From the NCBI GenBank assembly GCA_008632985.1, contig QPGO01000069.1, forward strand, positions 310,001-374,000: a stretch of DNA of 64,000 nt, written 5' to 3'. A program made the position numbers and the translations under genes. Source of the stretch: Psammoneis japonica (Eukaryota). Positions 54,537 to 64,000 of this stretch are shown here, in pieces (positions within the stretch are counted from its first letter, which is position 1; each line of letters begins with the position of its first letter). A model generated the notes under the pieces. It was given only the letters and a program-made list of their open reading frames with translations. It made no database searches and was not told where the DNA came from.

Positions 54537-55052
54537 TTCGGGCACAGAATTAGGGTAGCGGGGACCTTTACTACTTCACAAGCACAGCGTCGTCATGGTC
54601 GTGCTTGTTTTGAGCGTCGCACCACGTACTTTTCGCGGGAACCCGGACTTCCATTTGAAGGGCACGCGCGCGCTGCGCGAGCTCGCTCTGCTTGTACCGT
54701 AGGGCCCTACCGTGCACTTGAGTATTTATGATGAGTTGAAATTTTGTACGCACAGTTGCCCCACATGCGATACATCGATGGAAAGCTGAGAGTCTGCTCA
54801 TTCCGTGGGGGGGGNTAGCGAAACAACTGATCCAACTACACCGGCCAAGGCATCTGCAACGGCTTCTCGTCTTCGTTCATGTATCATTTCGGGCACAGAA
54901 TTAGGGTAGCGGGGACCTTTACTACTTCACAAGCACAGCGTCGTCATGGTCGTGCTTGTTTTGAGCGTCGCACCACGTACTTTTCGCGGGAACCCGGACT
55001 TCCATTTGAAGGGCACGCGCGCGCTGCGCGAGCTCGCTCTGCTTGTACCGTA
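54465..55052 (+). repeat. Exact ~237-bp direct duplication (54465-54701 / 54816-55052) next to an N
   Basis: Identical sequence tagcgaaacaactgatcc...cttgtaccgtag restarts immediately after the N at 54815. Confidence 0.9.
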
Positions 55053-55464
55053 GTAGTCTAGACTATGGCTAACGAGAAATGATCGACATGGATTTTTGTT
55101 TCACTTGCTACTCTACCATACTGTACTCAACGACTCTAGTTGATAATTAGTTCTCAAGGAAAGACCTCTTCCATGGTTCTTCCGAAGACCAGCAGAGAAC
55201 TCCTAGCGACACAGAATGAGGTATGAGAGATACGAGTACAGGCCTGTTAGAAAACCCCAAGTACGTGATCTGACTTGAATGAAAATCTGTCGTAGCCTCA
55301 CCATGTTATAAAGTTAGAACCACCAACCTTAGCTGCGAATAAAATTAATCCCGTTTTATCTGACGTTGTCAGACGTAGACTGCGACATAGAGATTGAAAT
55401 AAACAACAATCCTTTGAACTCTCTAGCTAGGCTCCCCAACCACATGAGGTAGCTGCTTCGTGTT

Positions 55465-56091
55465 TTAGCGTTCCTTTCCTCCCTGATTGTTCCCGGAAGC
55501 CTTCCATATGCCGCTCAGCTTTTCTTGAATTCCTACTATTCCAAGGATCATATACACAACACCAATGCCAAGCATGCTCCACGAGACAACCTTTATGTAG
55601 GTCTCTACCGACTGCTCCTTTGATGGGATGTTTATGGTAAAGCTGCTGTCATTGTAGCTACCATAGGAGCTCATGCGGTTCTTGTAGTAGTTATCGTTTC
55701 CAATATCGTTCATTGTGATGCCCAATAGTCCAAAAAAGCTGTAAAAGCATCCACGAAAGGTCCAATTGCGCAGCACAGGCGATTCTTTCAGTGCGCGACC
55801 CCACTCTGTCTCGTTCAGCACAACAACGATCGCAAACAAGACCATGCAGCATCGAACAATTTCCTCCATGAGGGGAATAGACTGGATGCACATTCCCAGA
55901 ATTTGACCAACCGACATGTTTATGGCTGCCCCAATCGACGCAATGTTCATGCATGGGGCCAGATTATGAACAAAGGTGCGACGAGGAGGGAGCTCATCGT
56001 GGCAGACATCAACAGGCTGCAACTGACTGACGACCACTGGTTCTGCTGCTTGAATTGGAGCACTTCCTTGTTGATGGTATGGGCTATTCAT
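55465..56091 (-). CDS. COPI-associated/TVP15-like membrane protein
   Basis: Multi-TM; VVLNETEW...LRNWTFRGCFYSFFGLLG...GVVYMILG. Confidence 0.65.
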   Translation of the reverse strand: MNSPYHQQGSAPIQAAEPVVVSQLQPVDVCHDELPPRRTFVHNLAPCMNIASIGAAINMSVGQILGMCIQSIPLMEEIVRCCMVLFAIVVVLNETEWGRALKESPVLRNWTFRGCFYSFFGLLGITMNDIGNDNYYKNRMSSYGSYNDSSFTINIPSKEQSVETYIKVVSWSMLGIGVVYMILGIVGIQEKLSGIWKASGNNQGGKER

Positions 56092-56561
56092 GGAGAAGTG
56101 TTGACAGCGACAACGTTGTTATTACAGAAGCGCATTCAATGAATGCAACATAAGACACGCTGGCATTGCCATCACGAGAAATTTAAAAACACAGCCTCAA
56201 GCCCGGATGGGCTGATTTCAGTTTTTGGAATTTTGGCTTTGGCCGCAACTTCATGAAATCTCCCACTACGTTTTCAACGTGAATTCATCGTAGAATGGAC
56301 AATTTTTTGGAATGATTTGTTGTCGGAGGGAGAAAACGCCGGTACATTTCCTACGGAAGATTCTACGTACAACTCTCTCTCACACTGCGTGCCACACATC
56401 ACACTCAACGCGCTCACCACACTCGACACTCGGTTTTGATAGTCGCTTGTTTGAGGTGGCAAAGGAAGAAAAAAGAGGGGGGCCGCTAGCCGCCGTCGAA
56501 CCAGAGGGAAGAAGAAGAATAAAAGGGCTTTCAAGTTGATTGTCGATAGATACTGACTGAA

Positions 56562-57658
56562 ATGATGGTTCCAATATTTATTCTTGGTGTTTTGTTGGCG
56601 TTCAGTGCATCTTTTCATCAGCTTTTTGGCTCCGGCGTGCGCCAACTCGAGAGCATGTGCGTCGATGGAAAACATGCCGAGAACGCTGGCGTTTCTCCCA
56701 ACGAATGAAAGATCCATCATGATGTTCTCCACGCCTAGCGATGATTCGGATGGTAACATGTCTGCGTCTCAGGAAGACGAGCCTTTTTCAGAAGCAGAGT
56801 TGAAGATTGTTCAGAATCTCTGTGAGGCAAACGACAAAGGGGACGAGACTCTGGAAGAAATCGTCAGCAAAGCAATGCCTACAATGCACCCAAATTTGAT
56901 TATTAAGCTACGCCAAGTCGAAGCGAATATCATATCAAACTGTTCGGAGGAAGTGGTTGCCGTGGCAAAGGCCGTTGCTGCTGTTTTGGCTGCCCGAATG
57001 GAGGAAGCGAAACACTACTCATGGATCTTTTGGACTGTGGCGAAATCCGAAAGCTGGATGCAGCCATTGGAACCGCGTCACGCCAGGGACAGCTCGATAT
57101 GGCCTTCTTTACAGTTCTAGACATGAATCTGCAAGATGCTATTCAAAAACAATCAATGAGTGACGAAGGCGAAGATGGGAAAGAAGCCAATCGAGCACAA
57201 GTTTTACAACACATTTACACTCGATGTCAAGAGGAAGTAGAAAAGACAGTTCCGCCAGGAGTAGCCCTCTTGAACAAGTTGCTACGAACAGAGCAAGATT
57301 CGATCCGATTAAATCAGCTGGAGCACTTTTGTGTCCAAAGAAAAATGTCATCAAATCTCCCGACGGCAAAGAAATCCAGTTGGAAGGCACAGCCGACGCA
57401 CTGGTACCGCCATCAGAACTAGTGGCGGCACTCGCGGGAGCTGTCAAACAGATTCGAACCGTAGAAAATGCCGGTGGAGTGAATGCTGCAGCGGCAGCCA
57501 GCGTAGTTGAATCTTGTCGAGTCGTAGCAAAAGAGGCTCGAGTGGTGATTGGCAACAACTACGGCACCGATAGCGACGAGTTGAGAAGCTTTGAAGAGGA
57601 TCTCGAGCCCGTTTTTCGTCCAACCACACCCGATAGCGTTTACATAAAGGGAGAGTGA
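56562..57658 (+). CDS. Hypothetical protein (probably plastid-targeted), two frameshifts
   Basis: Three overlapping ORFs forming a continuous helical protein (GEIRKLDAAIG, QHIYTRCQEEVEK..PGVALLNKLLR). Confidence 0.6.
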
Positions 57659-57732
57659 GAATAAATGCGAAGAACTATCAATTAGAACAGGCCATATGCA
57701 ATCCAATGTGAAAAACCACAGATATTCCAATG

Positions 57733-58642
<910 letters not shown>

Positions 58643-58846
58643 GTGTTGTCAATGTTGGGCTGTTGAGCTTTTGAGCATGCGCGCGCGGCGAGAGCGCGAC
58701 ATCCCGGATCACGGAAGAACTTGATGGAACCCGGATATTTACCGGCCCTTGAGAAAAGGCCTCTCTTCTCTTTTCTTTCAATTTTTACTTAACTGTATTG
58801 CTCACAAAATCAAAAGCAATCCCAACCGAAGCACAAAACAACGACA

Positions 58847-59860
58847 ATGTTTGTATCACGTTTTCTTCTTTTAGGACTGTTGCTATCATATGCTTCATCC
58901 ATCAAGGCGTTAGCATTTCCATTTTCTCGTCGAACATTGTTTTGCTCGACGGCATCCGCCACCGCTGCTCTAGCTACTGCTTCATTCCCTCAAGTTTCTC
59001 AAGCCGTTCCTCCTCTCACAGAAAGTGAGTTAGGTCGCTACGAGAAATCATTGCGGAAAGTAAAGCCACCTGGAGACAAAACCAGTCGACCAAAGTTAGC
59101 TCTTGACTTTGCTGTTCTCCTGACGCGAGCATCGTACGCGGAAACCGATCAGCTCGACATTATTCCCATTAATCAACTAGAACGAGACATGTATCTGGTG
59201 CGAACGACCGAGTATCTGCCATATACGAGGAGAGCAGGATCCCTAATGCAAGGTGACTTGACTGATCCCAAGTACTTTGACTACATGAGTGCTGTGCAGT
59301 ATGTCGTCATCAATCGAGCCATTCAAGACCCTGAAACGGTGTTTGACGAAATGCAACCGAGTGACACAACATCCGTTGCCGGAAAATTGAAGTCTGTCCA
59401 TATTGAACGCACGCTACCCGATGCTGCACTTGTACCGACACATGATGAGCGTGTAGGAACCGCCATTTTGGACTACATTCATGACACGTACGACAAGACA
59501 CCCATTGCGTTGCCCAAGTTTGAGTCTCTCAAGCCAGGTAGTGCTGCCCTACAACAGGCCTTGTCCCAACTCATCAACATCTTTCTCATAAATGGCTATG
59601 CCTGGGATGGTAATGCCAAATTGGAAAAAGAAAGTCAGGGTAGAAGCAACAACGTGCCATCATACACATTTTCTTTGACCCTAAACGCGCCAGCAAGCTT
59701 GTGGAGCAGCCAAGTGTTGGCGAAACTAGGCGCTCCATTGCGCAATGATTTCTTGCTGAAAACCGCCAAACAACTAGTTCAATCAATGGGGTATACCGTC
59801 AAATCATCCTCTGTGACGATCAAAGGCGATAGTGAAGTAAATCTGCTGGAAATACAGTAA
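58847..59860 (+). CDS. Hypothetical protein, probable plastid/thylakoid-lumen targeting
   Basis: 337-aa ORF; signal peptide, SRRTLF twin-Arg-like motif, Ala-rich stretch ending SQA. Confidence 0.65.
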   Translation: MFVSRFLLLGLLLSYASSIKALAFPFSRRTLFCSTASATAALATASFPQVSQAVPPLTESELGRYEKSLRKVKPPGDKTSRPKLALDFAVLLTRASYAETDQLDIIPINQLERDMYLVRTTEYLPYTRRAGSLMQGDLTDPKYFDYMSAVQYVVINRAIQDPETVFDEMQPSDTTSVAGKLKSVHIERTLPDAALVPTHDERVGTAILDYIHDTYDKTPIALPKFESLKPGSAALQQALSQLINIFLINGYAWDGNAKLEKESQGRSNNVPSYTFSLTLNAPASLWSSQVLAKLGAPLRNDFLLKTAKQLVQSMGYTVKSSSVTIKGDSEVNLLEIQ

Positions 59861-59872
59861 CCACAAGTACTA

Positions 59873-60837
59873 AGCTCACTCGACGCGACTTCAAGCTCCC
59901 CTAGTCTTCGTTTTGGTGCAACGTCGGTTCACGACGAAGTATTTTCAGGAAAGAAACTTCTTGATGGCCCTCACAGGTCTGCTTGGGCGATCACAGCCCG
60001 GCGAAGCAAGTTTGGTCAGAGGTATCGGCGCATCGTCAAAGTTATTTTCAGGAGTTTTCACTCTCCTATTGCGGCCAGAAGGAAGACCAACAACGCTAGA
60101 TTTTGATAGCCGTGATTGCTTTCATCAACGGGCAAGCAAAGTAGTCGGCCCACGCTTCCGAATCATCTTGTCCCGACTCCAAGGGCTCGAGTTGAAAGTT
60201 TTCCACGATCTAGACTTGTTGAAAGCCAGCTCGTTCTAGTTCTCGCACATCAGGCTCTCGGGGAAAACCGTAATTTTGGACCTAAACTGCAAACTCGCCT
60301 TCAATCGTAAAGCACTTGATTTGCATAGCGGCTCCTTCACATAACTCCTCCGTCTGTTCAAACTCGAATCCATACTTCTTTTTCATACTTTTTCAACGGC
60401 CGCAAGTCTCCTTGATAGTCATACAAGTCTGGATTGATAAAGACAGTGACTAATTTCCCACCACTTTTCAACTTTGCGGCCAGTCACCGACACGACGTGA
60501 CCACATCAAAGATCAAAGCCTCCCGGAACTGCTGTTCTGGCGTTCCACCACGTAAACAATTCCATCCGTATCTTGTGCTCTTGCAGTTTCAATCATGGCA
60601 CACGACAGATCGGTTCCCACCACATGTTTGTCTTGCAACCGTCGTACGAGTTGTTTGGTGAGTCACCTTGGTGAGCCTCCCGGATCCGCACGCGACATCA
60701 CAGGCGGATTTGCCATTCAAGTCTCCCACCAATCGAAGCGTCGTGCACAATTTGACTCGATCACTAACTGGAACTTGCTTGGCTCCGTTGTAGGACTCTG
60801 CATCTCGCTTGGTGTAATTGACTCCCGATACAACCAT
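59873..60837 (-). CDS. Class I SAM-dependent methyltransferase, frameshifted (or pseudogene); 3' end uncertain
   Basis: LVGDLNGKSACDVACGSGRLT (motif I); downstream minus-strand fragments such as LKSGGKLVTVFINPDL. Confidence 0.55.
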
Positions 60838-61135
60838 GGTGGTGGTATTCGTTCCTAATTCCTAAGCGCAAGACCGAATAGACGCAGAAATGCAGAACGC
60901 AATGTACTGTGGAGGTTGGAGGTAGACGGAAAGAATACAACTCGGGGTGCAACTGTGTAGGTTCTAGTACTTCTCCTACGGCGTAAGTTGAGAACTCGAG
61001 CGTCACCAGGAAAGCACAGACACCGACTTCCGCTACATCAACCTGCAGCACCCTCCAAGACGCGCAGCAGCGCGCAGCCGCAGCGGAGACAAGAGACAAG
61101 AGACAACCAAAAAAGGACGTCTCGAATGAACTGCG

Positions 61136-61384
61136 NNNNNNNNNNNNNNNNNNNNNNNNNNNNNNNNNNNNNNNNNNNNNNNNNNNNNNNNNNNNNNNNN
61201 NNNNNNNNNNNNNNNNNNNNNNNNNNNNNNNNNNNNNNNNNNNNNNNNNNNNNNNNNNNNNNNNNNNNNNNNNNNNNNNNNNNNNNNNNNNNNNNNNNNN
61301 NNNNNNNNNNNNNNNNNNNNNNNNNNNNNNNNNNNNNNNNNNNNNNNNNNNNNNNNNNNNNNNNNNNNNNNNNNNNNNNNNNNN
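61136..61384. other. Assembly gap (N run)
   Basis: Run of N. Confidence 1.
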
Positions 61385-61979
61385 GTGGTGCTGGCGTCGA
61401 GTTCATTCCGTCAAGGCTGATTTGTCGCAAGGCACCGTGCACAAATTGTGAGAATGGAGCATCAGCATCACGGATTTTTGTGATGCATTTATGTATCTTT
61501 GGTGTTGTTTCTCACTTCTTGTCATTTATTCGATGTTTGTGCTGCAAGGTTCTGTGGTGATTGGCTCTGTTCCGCTGACTTGCTCTTCGGAACTTGTCGT
61601 TGAACAATCGAACTGCGTTTCAAGTGGAACTGATGATCAAGAGTTGGCGGCGGTGATGTCTCAACGTCCCTTTGGCCGATTTTCGCGGTTCTTGTTTCAT
61701 TCTCAACGGCAATTGTACAAGGAATCCGACAGGCTTGGCTTTGTTGTGCAAAATTTCATTCCATGGAGATGGATTTGTTGAATGTCGATCGGCACCCAAG
61801 GCTGCTTCAATTGGAAGGGACGCTCCCGCAATGTTTTGGATTGAAAAAGGAATGCCGCAATGAAGCCCTGGACATGTTCACATGCAACATGAACATTGAA
61901 TGTGGCATGTGCACACAAACAAACATGAACTGACACGGAATGCAATCGCCGTCTGACCCCTTCATTCTTTCTGCTGCCG

Positions 61980-63938
61980 CTAAACCTGCAGCAATGGACT
62001 CAGACTGTTGTTGCGCTTGTCGTGTTTCAATGCATTGACAATCTGAGTCACTGGTTTTGATGCACCACAAACCTGACACACACGATCACAAGCCACCTGG
62101 GCACTCAATCCAGCTCGGACAAGCCCAGCCACCACGTCCCATGGAACCTTCCTTCTGCGGCACTTGTGCTTGACTCGACCGCGCTCTTCTCTGGTGAAGT
62201 CTTGTGCTGCTTTCCTTCCACCAATTCCATTCTCATGCTTTTGCCACAGAATGTGAATGGTCCTTGGATTTGGGCCAAGGGTGCTCTCATGCGGGACGTG
62301 GTTTGGATTGTTGTTGTTTGCACCTTGCTGAGGCGGGACGTTTCCTGCAGCTTGTTGGTTGCCTTCCTGGTTTCGCGCAACTCCAAATGCAGGCTGGGAA
62401 GCAAGGCGTCGCACATTGCATTCTACATTTGCAAGTCGACGCTCCAGCTGTGCATGATGATCATCAGAGCAGGCTTTGAGCTCCTCCATGACGCGACGCA
62501 ATGATCTCACCTCGGAGTGCATCGCAAGCAATGGATTTCGATCGACAAGCCCACGGCCGGCTGCGACGCCCCCATTCTGAGCGCCATTCCCCCCATCATC
62601 AACATCCACCACTTCATTGAAATGCACCTCAGCATCTTCACCAGTCACCACCATCAATGCTTTTTTAATTGGATTCTCGCCGACCGGCAGTTGATGAACT
62701 CCATTGCATGCTTGGAGAATGCGTTCTCTTAGATGTTGCGGAAGGTGCCAGCTTTCTTCTGAGAAAGCAAACCACAGCAGTGCTTTCCCAAGCACCAAAG
62801 CAATCTCAGCACCAAATTTGTTGTTTGTTGCTGGCGCCACATGCTCCAATAAAAAATCATTTGAAACTGGCCTCCAACACAGAGTGCTGAGGCAACCTTG
62901 GCATCCGGCCACGGCAACTCTACGTCATCATACAAATCCGACATGCGCTTGGACATTTTCCAACGGCCACGACAGTCCTTCTCATCTTTTTGGCACCCAT
63001 TGTTGCGGGCACGCGTTGAGCCATACTTTCTGTCACTGTGTGAGCCAACCAGTCCTTTGGTGCTTCCTGTTGCAGCAACAAATTCTGGATGAATGTACAC
63101 TTCGTTTGTGAGTGTCTTGGTGACTGCATCCTTCACCTTTTCTCCTCCTTCTGGCACACGAAGGTCATTGGTTAATCCAAAAATGCAAGGTGCACGTTCT
63201 GCGGCACCTCCTACACTGTGGAACACTTCCAGCCAAATTGCCAAGCCAAGCAAAGAACAAAACTGTGGGTCCAGCATTGCCCCAAAGAGAATTTGGTTTG
63301 GGGCATCTCTTCTTCCAGACAGTTCTTTGACCAATTTGGCCTTGCCCGCAGGGTGAAGTCATTGGCTGGATGGGGGGTGAAATTGTCATTAAGAAACTGC
63401 GTGCAATCATCGATTCGACCAATCATGTGAACCTGAAACCGGGACAAGCTTGGCATGAGATGCTTCCGCAGCATGGATTGGTCTGGTTTTCCTCGAGCAT
63501 TTTGATTTGAGCCCGGTGCTCCTCATCTTTCAATGGTCGTCTCTTTTTTGACGGTGCGCCTCTGTTCCGAGTTTCCTCTTTCTTGACCTTTTTGATGAGT
63601 TTGTTTGCATCGGTTGATCATGTCGGGTTGCCTTGGTTCGATTGAACATTCCACGGCATCAACCGGTTTGGCACGCAGCTGGAAATCGCCTTCTTCCAGC
63701 ATTCCAACAAACTTGACCTTGCTTGCTTGGGCAAGTCTTCTTTGCCTGGTTCGGGCGTTCCACACGCCTTTAGATTCATCCACCGCTTGACATCATCGGG
63801 GGTCATTTGAAGCAGCCTCTGGTTGGTGAACTCTTGCTCACATTGACAAGTCACCCCATCAAGAAATGACATGAGTGCCATCAAGGTTGGCTTGCAATCA
63901 TTTTTAGATGGCATGGTCTCCATTGCATTGTTGCACAA
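61980..63938 (-). mobile_element. Degenerate Crypton-like (CryptonS-type) tyrosine-recombinase transposon with C-terminal GCR1_C-like domain
   Basis: GSHSDRKYGSTRAR..GC.KDEKDCRGRWK...YDDVELPWPDAKVA (HxxR, W, catalytic Y); N-terminal WKKAISS...GNPT; C-terminal LWQKHENGIGGRKAAQDFTREERG..RRKVPWD; several frameshifts. Confidence 0.75.
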
Positions 63939-64000
63939 ATCGATCAGAAACGCGATGTTCCATGCAACAAATCGGTTGTTTCAATGCGGAAAAATTTCCC

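Noticed and set aside
54465..55052. Direct duplication of carrier-gene 5' region
   Set aside because: Copies are identical and begin right after an N, typical of a contig-overlap artifact

Overview
Eukaryotic nuclear DNA, very likely a pennate diatom. The evidence is short GT-AG introns, a fucoxanthin-type LHC gene, bipartite plastid-targeting presequences and a signal-peptide-bearing Cdc48 (SELMA-type). A gene-dense core (~9.9-60.9 kb, ~29 genes, many with single-base frameshifts that look like assembly indels) is flanked on both sides by repeat/transposon domains (1-~9.65 kb and ~61.4-64 kb). The main finding is that these domains have lost almost all TpA dinucleotides. Internal comparisons polarise the change as TpA->TpG/CpA (A:T->G:C at TA), the opposite direction to fungal RIP and separable from ordinary CpG decay. 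These comparisons are two tandem MITE copies with their terminal inverted repeats, a duplicated segment, and apparent Tyr->Cys/His replacement in a Crypton-like tyrosine-recombinase element. This suggests a repeat-targeted, TA-specific hypermutation system. Other notable items: compositionally opposite TAG/CTA-rich intergenic islands; an F-box-like gene split by a tandem MITE with an AT target duplication; a glycosyltransferase with an RXL-delimited acidic/basic peptide repeat tail; and an ABCB transporter with TMD-NBD-NBD-TMD domain order. All counts are by eye, and family assignments come from motif recognition, not database searches.
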